Assembly: GCA_965287045.1 (NCBI GenBank) | Contig: OZ336878.1 | Span: 51,708,001 to 51,772,000 of the forward strand | Origin: Carcharhinus amblyrhynchos | Lineage: Eukaryota | Length of the DNA stretch: 64,000 bases | Direction of reading: 5' to 3' | In this document: positions 1 through 13,060 of the stretch, piece after piece | How positions within the stretch are numbered: the stretch's first letter is position 1 | Layout of the letters: each line of letters opens with the position of its first letter | Notes under the pieces: generated by a model | The model's input: only the letters and a program-made list of their open reading frames with translations | Databases searched by the model: none | What the model was told of the DNA's origin: nothing | Made by a program: the position numbers and the translations under genes

Positions 1-631
1 ATGAATGCAGGGAATGTTATTAAAGAACTTAAAGAGAGTGTTGGGCTTCACTTTCAATCACGCTTCTATCCCAATCTCATATGAATTGCTTCTTCTCCCA
101 ATTTCAAGTAAGGCAATAGTTTTATTTTCTTTCCTCCCAAATGTTTTCCAGCATTCCCATTTGCGCCCTCATTGAGATTCACTGATTAATACAGGCCTGG
201 AGACATCTTACGATGCACTTACTCACTGAGGCATAAGGAAAAGCTATGTTCCTTGTCTTTTGGTGTTTCTGATTGTGGTAAGCCTGCAGAACATCTCATG
301 ATATTCAGTTAAACTATTACAACTGTCTATTGTAATATAACATTATGTGCTGTATGCATATCAGAATGAATCTTGACTGACTTTTAATCCTGTCCACACC
401 ATCTCCAAAGTTTTCCCCACTTCTCCTGAACACGAAGCCAGGTTGAAGAATGATTCAGAAGATTGTCTTCTGGTAACATGCAGGAGTTCTCAAGTCTGGA
501 CTATAAAAGCAGATTTTACAAATTTACATTCTGGTGTTGTGCTGCACACACTTGCAACACATACAGGAAATCCGAGGTCACTGGAGATTAAAATTAACGA
601 TCGGGCAATTTTGTGAAGCACCTCAGAGTCG

Positions 632-845
632 GAATGAGAGGTTACACGACACTAAGTTATAGTCCAACGGGTTTATTTGAAATCACAAGCTTTCGGAGCA
701 CTGCTCCTTTATCAGGTGAAGTCACTAGACAAAGGAACTGTGATCCAAAAGCTCGTGATTTCAAATAAGCCTGTTGGACTATAATCTGGTGTTGTGTGAC
801 CTCTCATCTCATCCACCTCAGTCCAACACTGGCATTTCCACATCG
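632..845. mobile_element. Short fold-back remnant of a Penelope-like element terminus
   Basis: Inverted arms (agtccaacgggtttatttgaaatcacaagctttcgga / gctcgtgatttcaaataagcctgttggact); same family as 38478-39718, 48434-49400 and 50391-50597. Confidence 0.7.
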
Positions 846-2544
846 GAGTCTGAATGAGCAACATGGCACATCCTGTGAATCTCAACAAGATACTGACTAT
901 GAAGGACATGACAACAGAGCCTAATACTTTACTCAGCCAAGTTTGTGAACTGTAGATTGGTTGAATTTGACTCAAGTGAATAGACATGTTCATTCTACAA
1001 CAACTTTAATCCCCATCATCAAATATAAAAATTCCCATGACAGTTCTTACACCTCTTTATTCATCACATGTAGTCATATTTCCATTAGGATTTCTGTATT
1101 CCACAGAAGTTGAAATAGTTTACTTTTAGCAATTGGCGGTAGATGTTTGCTGCTTTTGGTCCAAGTGATGTTCTCCCACGGTTGATCATGAGATTTCAGT
1201 TGGCTTTCATAGGTAGTGAAACACTACTACTTTTTTTCTGGATTCCTTTAGTTGTTATAAGTATGGTTATACAACTGTAGAACAGTAAGTTAAGTGTCTT
1301 TCAGTATCTAAAATCATATCCAGTGCAGTCCAGGGCCTTTTCCTGATCTGCCTTTTGCAATTGGGTTTACTAGATTTTCATGAGTAAATGGCTCAATGCT
1401 AAAGTGAAGTTCTCTATCTAACATATGTTCAGTGGTGTATGTTAAGGTCAGTTCTTGGACTAAGAACTTTTCAAAGTGAACTTTTGATGACCACTGTCTC
1501 CTTGTTTCTTTATTCTTTCCTTTTAAGGTTTGGCTAATGTCAGTATATGTCTCCTGTTCTTAACCCGCATTTTGTCTTCGTAGGTAGTGAACTGGCTGCA
1601 GCAATTGTCAGCTGCTTCAAATTGGTCATACGTTTTCCTGAAATATTTTCTGCATAGCCTATTCTAACATACCTTTGTCATATGACTGTCTCAACTGTTC
1701 AAGTGGATGAGCTTTGATGTCAAATTTCAAGTGATGTGCTTATTTGGGGATTATTTTTAGTAGTTTCAGCTACTGATTTTACTGGAATCAAAACTTCTGA
1801 TTGTGCTTTGTCATTTTCATCACAATGATTTGCAAATCTGTTTGGGACTGTGATCATAAATTGATTCTTCATTTTAATTATCCTTATTCAATCAGCTACA
1901 GCACAAGTTTCTGCCTGGAACTGGTCTACTTGTTCTTGGAACCCTTAAATTAAGACTATTTTTACTGTCATAATTCTATGTTCTGATCCAATGGTATCCA
2001 GAGCTGTGAGCTTCCACATTCCAGATCCTGGTTTTGCTACTTTTCCAGGTGAAGATGTAATCTAGTTGGGCATATTTGGGGATTTATATTCCGCTGAAAA
2101 GAAACATATTGCCAAATTTTTTCATCTTGCGCTCATCAGCTTTGGCAACATGTCTCTCTTTTCAGCAATATTCAAGATTCATACATTAAATTTTTCTGAA
2201 TGACTTTGCAAGTTATTATCTGCAGAGATTGAATTCCATGGTGCAATCAAGAAGAAAATTTCCATTTCCAGTTGTATCATCATGAAATGTATAGTAAACT
2301 ATTTCTGTACTCACATTTACTCTGTGTGCATTTATATCAATTTTGTTAATCAGGCAGTTATGGGGTGGAACAGATTGCTTTATTCTGATTATTCTTCATA
2401 AAATTTGAGTACTTCTGGGTTGTCAACTTTGTTCCTTTAGGCCATAGTAGATTATTATGGTGACTAATAGGTCCAGAGATTCTGTAATAAGTATTTTACA
2501 ATCAATTCCATCTGCAGATTTAATACAGGGGGGCTGACAACTCA

Positions 2545-2855
2545 AGAAATGGAAGCAGGAGGGGGTCACCAGCCCTTTCAAGCCTGCCCTACCCATTCAA
2601 CATGATCACGATGATCAATGCCAGCCTCAATTTCTTTTCTGTGCCATTTTCCCATTGCCCTTCATTCCTCAATCTATCAAACGTTTATCCGCCTTCACTT
2701 TAAATACTTCTAATGATCCAGCCTCCAATGTCCTTCGGGGCAGAGAATTCCAGAGACTGATCACCCTTTGCCAGAAGAAATTTCTATGCATCTTTTTAAC
2801 CTTTATTTTGTAGCTGTATCCTCTTGTCCAGGACTCTCCCACTAGTGAATCCAGT
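2545..2855 (-). mobile_element. CR1 LINE 3' end fragment
   Basis: ORF 2669-2863 (RNFFWQRVISLWNSLP...SLEVFK) matches the CR1 ORF2 C-terminus. Confidence 0.8.
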
Positions 2856-3380
2856 GGCTTCATTGATTCCGTTATTGCACAAAATCAATGATAAACATGA
2901 TGCTCCTTGATACGCATAATTCAGAAGCCACACTGCTTTATCATTTTTACAAATTCCTTTTCTGAAAGATTTTCATTTCACATGTGAATGTTGAATGTGG
3001 ATTACCTTTACTGCCTTCTAATATTTCATGAGTATAGTACCGGTTTTCCATAACCTTTCCTCCAATGTTTTCGTAAAGATTTGGATTAAAGTATCAGATG
3101 CTGCAGGTGCACTGACCTGTAAATCAGCAATAGGCAATAAAACAGGAACGGGAACCATATTGTTGTGATTTGTCCGGTCCATGGTAGGTCTTTTCACTGA
3201 CTTGTTACTCTTTCACTGTAACACAGACACCCGCATTCATATCGATTTTTATATAGAAAGCACATGTAAGAAGGAATCAAAATGACGTACAGGAAAAGAC
3301 ACCCTGGTTTTACTAGCCTGTCCCTTATAGCAGTGATGCTCATAATTCCACCTGCCAGAGCCATGTAATCTCCAGAGAGA

Positions 3381-5160
3381 TGGTACTTGATGTGGCACTT
3401 CATCAAATGCCTTCTGGAAATCTAAGTATAATACATCCACTGGTTCCACTTCATCCACAGCACATGTTACTTTCTCAAATAAGTTGGTTAATCATGTTGA
3501 CTCTGCCTGATTAACAAGTGCCCTGCTATAACTTCTTTAATAATAGCTGTAACATTTTTCCTATGAAAGATGTTCAGCAAATTGGCCTGTAGTTTTCTGC
3601 TTTCTGTCTCCTGCCATTTTTGAATAATGGAGTTACATCTGCTAACTTACAATCAAATCAGACCTTTCACGAATCTAGGGAGCATTGAAAAATAAAACCA
3701 ATGCATCAACTATCTCACTAGCTACTTTGTTTAAGGCCCAAGGATGAAGTCCATCAGGACCTGGACTTTTGTCAGCCCACAGCTCCAACCATTTACTCAG
3801 TACTTCTCTGGTGATTGTAATTTTCTTGAATTCCTCCTTCCCTTCCATTTCCTGGTTCATAGCTGCTTCTGAGATGTTAATTGTATTCTCTATAGTGAAG
3901 GCTGATGTTTCAAAATACCTGCTCCATTCATCTGCAATCTCCTTATTTTCCATTATCAATTTTCCAGGCACAATTTCTAAAGGACCAATGCTCAGTTTGT
4001 TAACTCATTTATTTTTAAGATATTTATAGAAACTCTGTTATTTACAGAAACTACCTGTTATTATATTTCTGGCTAACTTCCTCATACTCTGTTTTCCCTG
4101 CTGATTATTAGTCATCCTTTGCTGTTCCTTATATTTTGACCGATCTTCTAACCTTCCACTTGCCTTTGCACAATGGTATGCTTTTTCTTCCATAGAATCT
4201 CTACAGAACAGAAGGAGGCCATTTGGCCCATAGAGCCTTCACCAACAACAATCCTACCCAGATCCTATCCCCATAACTGCACATATTTACGCTGCTAATC
4301 CCCCGATACAAAGAGGGATTTTTGTGATACTATCTTTGACCTTTCTAGTTAATTATGGGTGGTATGTCTGTCTCTTGGAATTTTTTTTGCTGGAAAATAT
4401 CTGTTTTGCATATTCTGCAATAACCCCTTAAATGTTTGCCATTGCATCTCTCCTGATCTATCCCTTAATCTAATTTGCCAATTCACTTTAGAATTTGCCA
4501 ATTCTGCTTTCATGCTCTCATAATTGCCCTTATTTACATTTAAAAACATGATCTTGGACCCACTCTCCTCTCCCTCAAACTGAATATTAAATTTAGTCGT
4601 GTTATGGTTGCTGCTACCTAGGGCCACCTTCAGTAATCCCATCTTATTGCACAATAGTATAACCTACTCTCAGGTTGGCTCTAGAATGTGCTGTTCAAAG
4701 AAACTATCCCGAAAACATTCTATGAACTTCTCATCTAGGCTAACTTTGCCTGTCATACTTTTCCAGTCTACATGCAGTTTAAAATCTCCCATGATTATCA
4801 CCATGCTTTTCTAACAAGCTCTCATTATTTCTTCCTTTATATTCTGCTGTACCATGTGGTTGCTATTAGTGAGACTATATACAACTCCCATAAGTGACTT
4901 GTTTCCTTTAGTATTTTTCATCTCTAACCAAAGCTTCCACATCCTGGTTTCCTGAACTTAGGTCATTCCTCTCTATTGTATTAATACCAGAAATAACTAA
5001 GGCAGCCTCGCCTCTGCCTTTTCCTCACTTCCTGTCCTTCCTAGATATTCCGTACCCATCAATATTCAGGCCCCAATCCAGTCATCCTGCAGCCATCTCT
5101 CTGTAATAGCTATCAAATTGTATTTATTTATTTCACATGAACTCTCAGTTCATTTGTTTT
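3381..5160 (-). mobile_element. CR1 LINE ORF2 fragment (endonuclease to start of RT), with a SINE tail nested at about 4190-4310
   Basis: VDVLYLDFQKAFDEVPH, KSPGPDGLHP and SSNHNTTKFNIQF motifs in the ORF track. Confidence 0.85.
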
Positions 5161-5199
5161 GTTTCTAATGCTTTGTACAGTCTAAACAGAGTCCTGCTT

Positions 5200-5440
5200 T
5201 CTTCAGGATGAGACATTAAACCAACATTTCTGCCCTCTCAGGTAGTCCTTAAGAGAGTAGTGGATTTCTCCCCAATATATATATATCCCTCAATCAACAT
5301 CACTAAAAATAAATGATCTGGTACTTCATTACATTGCATAGTGTGGGAGCTTGCTGTGTGCAAATTAGCTGCTATATTTGATACAACACAACAGCGATCA
5401 TACTTTTAAGGTCTCTCATTGGCTGTAGTGCTTGGCAAAC
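5200..5440 (+). mobile_element. DeuSINE-like ancient SINE core
   Basis: tatatccctcaatcaacatcactaaaa...gtgggagcttgctgtgtgcaaattagctgc...tcattggctgt resembles the Deu domain; related copies near 24200-24590 and 56440-56720. Confidence 0.55.
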
Positions 5441-5479
5441 CCCCTCACCCCACCCCTCCATCCCAAAGTAGGAATTAAC

Positions 5480-6850
5480 TGGGGGCAGAGTACAGGTTTT
5501 CTCAATGCTGCGGAAATGTTGAATGTTGTACAATTTGGATGAGCAACATGGGGATCACAATAAATGGTAGAGTGGTAGGTACAATTGGGTGTCAACTGCG
5601 TAAGAGACTAATCTCTGAAATTTGGATTATGTCTAGAGACAGCATACAGATGAGAAAGCTGGATCTTCTGTGGACTCTGGAATTAATTACGTCTGGGATA
5701 AGGGTGAGAAACTACCCTATTAGCAGTGATGATTGGGTTGCTTATGGGTTCTTAAAACCCATAAGCAACCCATGCATCACTGCTAAGAAAGTAACCATGC
5801 AAGAGCAGACCCACAGAAAGATGACATAGAAGGATCATGTAGTCAACCTTACCAACTGTTGTAGAGAGGGCAAGGGTGACTAAAGGATTACGGACAGGAT
5901 AACATTTAACTTTGGCCATTGATATCTTGGTGCTGTAAGCAGAGTGGAACTCAGACTGCAGGCTTAGAAATAGGGAATCTGGGAAGATAATGCTTCCAAC
6001 TGGATGGTGGTGACATGTTGAAAAATGTTAGGAAGAAAGAGAAGGTTAGGCATGGATTGTAGTTGAGGGCTCATGGGTGGTTATTTTGAGGAGTGGGTGA
6101 TGATGGTGCTCTTACTACCTGCCCTAAATTTTCTACATTTAATCATATATCTATGTCCCCTCATTTTAGATCAGATACTGGAACAACCCGTGTCTTTCTA
6201 TGCTGTCTCAATGCTATATAATTTAAACACCTCCATCAAATCTTGTTGTGATCTCCTCAGTTCTGGGGAATTTGGCAGCAAATTTTGTGAAAGATCTTTC
6301 TCTGCATTTATCTGTTCTTACACCAGGCAGTATCATAATGAATCTCTGGAATGTATTCTCTCTGGTAACAAGAGTCTGGTCCAGCCATGTGGCAGGATTA
6401 CTTGAGTTAACAATACATGGAAATAAGGAAGTGAAGATGGAAACCGTACAGGAGAATGAAGGAACAAAGTGAGTTAGTGTGAATGAAAGCATCAGAGGCT
6501 AAGGCAAAAAGGTTGTTTAGCAGGCCAACACCAGCAGAGGTGTCAGAACAGCTGGAGGATCAAAGAAAAAGCTGGGAGAAAGGATTTAATAATGAATTAA
6601 TGACAGAATAGGAGAGGACTTTCTTTTTTACAATGGCAAATTTGAGTGGTAAGATAGATAGGCAGTAGCCCGAGATAGCCTTATTGGTGAAGAAAACATG
6701 AGAATAGAAAGGCCACAAGAGATCTTGAAGTTGAAGGGGTAATCTGGATGTGGGTCGTAGTCATCTTAAAAATGCTTTAGCAAGCCTAGTAAGAAGCAAC
6801 ATTAGAAAAAAAGGAAAAGTGACTGGAGTTGGGCTTTCCAAAAACCCCCC
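5480..6850 (-). mobile_element. Highly decayed L2-like LINE fragments
   Basis: Purine-rich plus strand resembling antisense L2 ORF2; no intact frame. Confidence 0.35.
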
Positions 6851-7139
6851 CAAAAAATGTTAAACCCAGTTATTTAGAAAGGATGAAATATATTCTGTGA
6901 AAAGTGGATTTCATACATATGTTAAATTGATGATTTGTAGATTATTAGTTAAATAATGTAACATACCAAATGTCTGGTGTAGTTTGATTTTTTTTAAATG
7001 CAGTAGTCATATTTGAAGCACAAAATATATAGATTATCTTTCTGTCAGGGAGAAGGAGTGTTGATTTAAACAGAAACAAATTAAAGCTATCTTTCACATA
7101 CCATCTCATCTTATTTCCTCACTGACACTTTTCCTCCAG

Positions 7140-8100
7140 GCTACACTCATTAGCCTGTTCCCTGTTGGCCACCTGCTGTTCAGAGTGGCATTGTTGTAGT
7201 TTGGATTGTATAAAACTCGTATCCATGAGTATCTCCCAGCTATTTGCTGCTACATTTGACTCTCCTATCACAGTGGCAGAACCAAGGACCCATTGCATAA
7301 CTAGCTCAGTTTAACAGCCCCTCATGTGCCTCCTTTATGAGATATAGTTGCTCTGACAGCTCTGTTGATTAAACGATCATTGAACATGCAAAAAAACTTC
7401 AATAAATGGAGTTTACTTTGCTTCCTTTGACTGTAAGTGCAGATAGTGGCAGAGATAGCCAGGACATACTGGCAACGCTTTTGTGGTGTGTTAGGGTAAG
7501 ACTGAGGATGGCCTGAGGTCCCAATCCACTCACACAAGCTTACAAAATACTTTCCTCATTACTGATCTGCATGAACCTTTTCCGGGTCTCTAGAGATTTT
7601 TGACAAAACTGATAGAGTCACGAAGGCAAAAGCAGTGTTTGCAGGAACTTGAGGCTGAATTGTACTTCCAAAAAATGGGTGGTTTGGAGTCAGATCTCAA
7701 AATATGTGAAAGAGGAACCAAGCCTGCCCACAGGCTGGCTGTAGCCAGGAAATATACAGAAAAAGAAATAAAGAAATCCTGCAGTTTTGTTCTTCCAGGA
7801 TTTCCCACCTTAAAACAATCCTCGCATGCCTTTGAAGCTAAACTTCAGGCCAATGTGTCACTGGTCCCTACTAGAGGACCAATTAAAAACCAGCCTCACA
7901 GTTCTGTATTCAAGCCTCTGCCCTCAGGGTCCAAAGTATAGGTTCCCGATGCGACAGAGAGCTCTGAGTTCAGTTCATTTAATGTTGGCAGCTTTGGGCA
8001 CTGGCATGCTATTAATGTAAAGGTACAGAGCCATCAGTTCTGATCAGAACAACAATATTTAATGCTGTCTGTCGCTGATAGTTAAATTTAGTGAGTTTGT
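7140..8100 (+). pseudogene. Putative endogenous viral element: decayed RdRp core (motifs F, A, B) of a mononega-like L protein
   Basis: LFPVGHLLFR...IHEYLP (7155-7238) and NFNKWSL (7395-7415) share one frame. HTSLQNTFLITDLHEP (7531-7578) and LYFQKMGGLE (to 7689) share the frame of ORF 7600-7941. The GDN motif is not recognisable. Confidence 0.55.
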
Positions 8101-8748
8101 TTGAATATGAAAGATATAATTGCCTGGATTTGGGGCTGAAAAATAAACCCTGCTGACAGGAGTACTGGTTCATGGGCTCCATCTTGCTTCCAGGCCATTT
8201 TTGCAGAGAAGGCATTGGCAGCCAGCAGGGCTACTCACCTGTACTGGAATTTTCCAGTCAACCTTCGAGTTCCCACAGACAGCAGGGACAAGTTTAGGTA
8301 CCTGGAAGTGAGCATCTGATGGCAGCGTTCCAGGCAGACCAAGAAGCTCTCCCTGCCTGTCTGGGTGTGACAGCAGTCACAGGCTTCCCTGTAGATGGGT
8401 TATCCCCACCCCCATTCCCACAGTGGTGGTCTTGCTGTGGTATCAATATCTTAATTATTTAAAATGTTGGTGAAATGTTGAACACCCTCTCTCTTACTTA
8501 CCTCCCATTACTGTCTGCTGCTCCTTTCAAGCTAGAGAACCTCTGGTTGTTCGGCCCACCATCCTTAGTTGGACAGAGTACCTATCAGAAGGTTCCCCAG
8601 TGTGAAAATTCCAATTAGTGAGTATTTCCTCCTTGCTGAGGATCTGAGACCTGCCAATAGTCTCAGTCATTGATTTCTCTCTCTCTCTCCTTCCATGTGC
8701 CTCCCCGCCCCCCACCCCACTCCCCGGCTTGTATAAATATCCATTTAC

Positions 8749-8846
8749 CTGAATGGTAAGTAGAATGGTTGTCAAGGAAAAGCCTTCTTCCCATTTCTTG
8801 GGATTATCCAGAAAGTCTATACATGGTTTGCCTGAGACTGTGTCCA
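8749..8846 (-). CDS. UBE2U: UBE2U coding exon 4, containing the catalytic Cys (KPCIDFLDNP)
   Basis: (V)DTVSGKPCIDFLDNPKKWEEGFSLTTILLTIQ; acceptor ttacag, donor gtaaat; 98 bp; phases consistent. Confidence 0.9.
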
Positions 8847-9330
8847 CTGTAATCAAAGGACAAACAAAAAAAAGTAGATTCAATTGTCAAGTAACCGGTG
8901 ACTTATTTTTACCTAAATAAGGAGGACATTCAAAAGTTGTGAACAAGAACAGGCTGTGTGGCAATGAAGCTCATCTCCTTTATATATCCGTACAGTTGGC
9001 TTATTGATGCATTCTGCAACATCCACTTAATCTCCAAGTATGTTCTGTGTAAGTACTCCATGATCAATAATGGAGGCAGAAAAGGCCATCTTTTGTTGCA
9101 ACACCAAAAAAGCATATTTTCTCTGTAAATAATGCTCCATCCTCCTCACAGCAAAACTGTGAGGATGTATCTCATGGATTATTCAGTCATCCCAGTCTTC
9201 ATCTATCTATTTCCGTAACTTCCAATCCAATTCCTAAAATAGATCATCCAGTTATTTTTTGAACGAGTTGCTGAGATTATGTTGTTCCCAGTTAAACCCA
9301 TCCTTTAGGAGAAAATTTGCAGTTACTTAC

Positions 9331-9423
9331 CGTTGGGATGAAATGGAATTGTATTGAAAGTGACAGTTGGAGGGATTGAGTCATAATCTTCTGTATACTT
9401 CAGGAATATTTGAAGGGAAGCAC
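9331..9423 (-). CDS. UBE2U: UBE2U coding exon 3 (E2 HPN motif)
   Basis: (G)ASLQIFLKYTEDYDSIPPTVTFNTIPFHPN; acceptor attaag, donor gtaagt; 93 bp. Confidence 0.9.
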
Positions 9424-11802
9424 CTTAATGAATTTAAAAAATATGTTTTAGTCAATCAACAAATTCTGGCATAGAGAAGAAAAGCAGAGGCTTGAAGGAT
9501 GGGATTGTGAGGCTGTATCTCTACCCTCACATACCACCTGAACATTATTTGAGTGCCAATCTTTTCTATTCATGTGGGCCCACAGGGTTGGAGAAACCCC
9601 ACTGCCACCTTCTAGGTCATGTTCTTGAAGGAATTCTGCCACTTGCTGAAAGTACAAGATCCTGCCCAACTTCCTACAGATTAAGGTCACCCTTTTAGAA
9701 TTCCTTAGGTAGGCTATTTAGCTGTAGAGGCATCACAGCTGAATCCAATCCTGTCCTCAGTCAGTATATACACTTCCGACAAGGATCACTGGGTCGCAAT
9801 CAGGAATCGGTCGGAACAATAAAGCCATTCCAGCTGAGATTAGCTAACAGCATATATGAGGATTTTCCAAACTGCTCAGTACCTTTGGCCCTTTGAGTAA
9901 CTGGGAAATGTTTAAAGCCAATCAAACTTACATAGAGTCAATCAACAGATTTGGGAGTTTTTAAAAATTCAGTACACATTAAAAGTCAAGGTTTCTTTTC
10001 ATTTCAAATGCACAGGTTAAACATTTTAACACTCTTTCAAAAGTGGTTACAAATCACAGAATGGAAATCATTGTTGCAACTAGTTCTGTCCATGTGACTT
10101 GATTCTGACAATTATGTGAAGAATTTTTGTTTAAAGTTATTCCTGTCAGTATTAGTTCAGAGCACCTGTGAGGGCACAAAAACATGGTTTTAATTCATTT
10201 AACTTCTCATTATATCTGACAGTGATTAACCATTTAGTCCAAAACAAAATGTATTCAAAATCTTTCAGTAAGTTGGTTTTTCTGGTAAGGTATCAGTCAC
10301 TATTACACAAATGACACTTCCTTTGCTCATAGCTTGTTAGTGTCACTTGAGTCATGTGGTGTTAAAGACCAAAAAAGCAAACTTGCTCTCAGTCCTCCAA
10401 TTCTGATGTTGCCCTGCAGAGGTATATGAGAGAGAAAAATGACTCCTCATTAGACTTTACTCTCTCTTAATGCACAGAAGCACCAGGCCGTAAATGAAGA
10501 TTAAGAATTTAATGGTGCAATAGGTGACAGGTATAATTCCATATCCCACCTCTCAGAAATGGAGTGTGTAATATTTTTGCCCCCATGACATCCCAACCTT
10601 TTCTCATTTTTTCTTCTTCTGAAGTACTGACACATGCAGGCAACAGTTCCAATGTCACCAACTACCCTCTGCTATTTTGTCAACTTGTGTGTATATCTGG
10701 GCTGTGAGTGTTAAACAGGCTGTCTGTTATGCAGTGAGGCAGCAGGGACCATTGTAGAGCCCTTAATGCCACTTGAATTGCAATTACTGGAGACCTTCTT
10801 GTTTGTAGAGATTACTTCCACAGTGGACTGGGTGAGTGAGCCTTCAGGGGCCAACATTTTCTAAGTCAAGTGTTGAAACTTTATACTTAATTTTGACAAC
10901 AAAGTTCAACATACAAAATAATTTAATGAACAGATGATAGGCTTGTGGGGTGATTCAGCTGCTTCCAACAGTAAATTTTTTAGCAACTGAAACTACAATC
11001 TGTACCGGATTACTGGATCTCAGTTGGGGTGGTTATAAAATGAGCTACAATTGATTTCACTGGTCTAAGATTAGAGAACAGAAAACCAGCATGGATTCTG
11101 CTACTGATCAATACTGAGCAACACCTGCATAGAAGAAGAAAGCGGGGAGAACACAAAAGGAAAATAGTATGAGTCGGATGAGGGGTGAGTGAGTGTGGGG
11201 AGAGATCAAGAGGGAAGACAGACAGACAGGGAGAGGGAAGAGAAAGAGTAAGAAAAGAGACATCAAAATGATGCAGGTGATAAATATCGCTTATGGAACT
11301 ATCCTCCAGGAAGAAATTAATTAATTCAGGACAGGAGAAAGGCAGGAGAGAAAACTGGTAGAAAAACAAGGAGAAAAGGCAAAGAGAATGATCATTTGTA
11401 CAGAAAACAATAAAAAACCTAAAACTAGTTGTTAAATTATTTCCTTCAGAATGGAATTTCCTTTGCAATTTCAACCCCATCTGTCAGCCATTTAGTTTCA
11501 AAATGATGCAGAGTGAATTTACCATCTCATTTATCAATTACAAAGAAAAAGAAACAGGGGATGTGAAAAAGCTCAGATTTATTAGAACTGAAAACCCTGC
11601 ACAGACAGGAAGAAATGCTGAGTAATTATCAAACAGTTGAAGATCTGAAACAGACGCCCAGACTTTTTATTGTGGACTTTTCATTTAAATTAATAATTGA
11701 CAACATCTAATGTAGAAAACACATTACAATTTTTGCTCTCCACTACACATGAAGTTTCAGAAATAAATTAGATAAATTATTGCGGTTCAGTTCATCTCTT
11801 AC

Positions 11803-11884
11803 CTTCCCAGAGGGAATCTTTTAATCCCTGAACTGTGGCCACCCACTCTAGCAGATCATCTCTGACTGGGGACACGGCAATGCC
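11803..11884 (-). CDS. UBE2U: UBE2U coding exon 2
   Basis: GIAVSPVRDDLLEWVATVQGLKDSLWE(G); acceptor ctgcag, donor gtaaga; 82 bp. Confidence 0.9.
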
Positions 11885-12994
11885 CTGCAGTTGCATTAAA
11901 GTATGTTGCATTATTAAAGTGTCTGGGTGCCTTCAAACTCACACATTTATTCAGATGCTTTCCTCTCAACTGCAGCTTCCACTCAACACCCAATGATCTA
12001 CTTGAATGGCAAGTGAGGACATTTGGGTTCAGTTTTCCCCCCTGGGAAAAGAATCAGCCAATACTGTCCTGGGTCATCCGAAAAGGTACGGGGGCGGGGG
12101 ACACCAGATGTCACCGACGTTGCTGTGCTTCAGCACAACTCTCTGTCTTTAGGGAAACCAAGTTAAAGCGCAGAAAAAGTGTCCTTATAGGCCTTAAAAT
12201 TCCTGTTTATTAGTTAAATCTAAATTCATGCTTATTATATAAATATTTGCATTAGTACATCTATATTTTAAACATTTTTGGTCAAGTATGTAAGATATTG
12301 GAAAACGAGTTCTGCGTCTTTATGGCAGAAAGCATCTGATTACTCAAATTTCACACATGCAATGCTCACCAACTGAGCCGAACAATTCGTTCCACACTGC
12401 ACCGATTTATTTAAATGCAAGCAATTCAAAAATATCAAGTAGCACAAAACCAATCTCATTCATCATCTAACTATGAAAGATTGTGTGCAGATGAGAGACT
12501 GGGAAGATACAAAGTTAAAGAGAAATCGTGTGGAGCATAATGATCAGTGGGGAAAGTGGGTAGAGAGGGCAATGACAGTGACAGTAAAGAGGGAAGGAAA
12601 GACCTAAGGAATCAGACAGAGAAAGAATAGGGACAAGACAGACAAACAGTAAAACAGACACAACAATGAAAGCAACTATGAGAGAGAGAAGTTGAAAGAT
12701 AGAGCATGTGCCAAAAATAATTCAAGGTTGAACAGGATCATTCACTGGGAGCATAAAATAAAGTTTTCGTACATGAGCAATGCTTCAGAGACCAAGTTGA
12801 CAACATATGGGAAGACAAATAGTAGGAAAGTGACAGATGAGATCAGTCAAAATGGGGTCAAATCACTTTGCTCTGACCCCCAAATTTTGTGTCAATTCTG
12901 AGAGAGAAAATAATGCAAAACAGACTGTGTGAAAGTGCAGCATTTCCTGTCATAGAAGGTCAACTAGTATATTAAACTTTTCAGGCTTACTTAC

Positions 12995-13060
12995 AAAGAG
13001 TCTAGCTTCTTGAAGTTGAACATATTCTCTTTCCAGTAATAAGTAAGCCTTGGATTTCAT
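12995..13060 (-). CDS. UBE2U: UBE2U first coding exon
   Basis: MKSKAYLLLEREYVQLQEARLF followed by gtaagt; resembles the human UBE2U N-terminus (MHGRAYLLL...); gene order ROR1 then UBE2U as in human. Confidence 0.85.

Larger units (their letters stand above)
1..3380 (-). pseudogene. Putative endogenous viral element: decayed C-terminal half (capping, methyltransferase, CTD) of a mononega-like L protein, interrupted by a CR1 3' fragment and a Penelope-like palindrome
   Basis: Minus-strand manual translation with stops and frameshifts: GNYEHH (3333-3347, HR/HH-like), STSL-KF (1722-1740), YAENISG (1636-1656, GxGxG-like), DMILDTE (1300-1320), NKEV* (1047-1061). Order and spacing resemble the K-D-K-E methyltransferase region. 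Confidence 0.6.

Noticed and set aside
3085-3145. Good-looking minus-strand acceptor (gctgatttacag) as UBE2U exon 5
   Set aside because: The downstream translation (VSAPAASDTL...) does not resemble UBE2U and stops early.
11010-11480. 156-aa hydrophobic ORF
   Set aside because: Antisense of a GA-rich low-complexity tract in a UBE2U intron.
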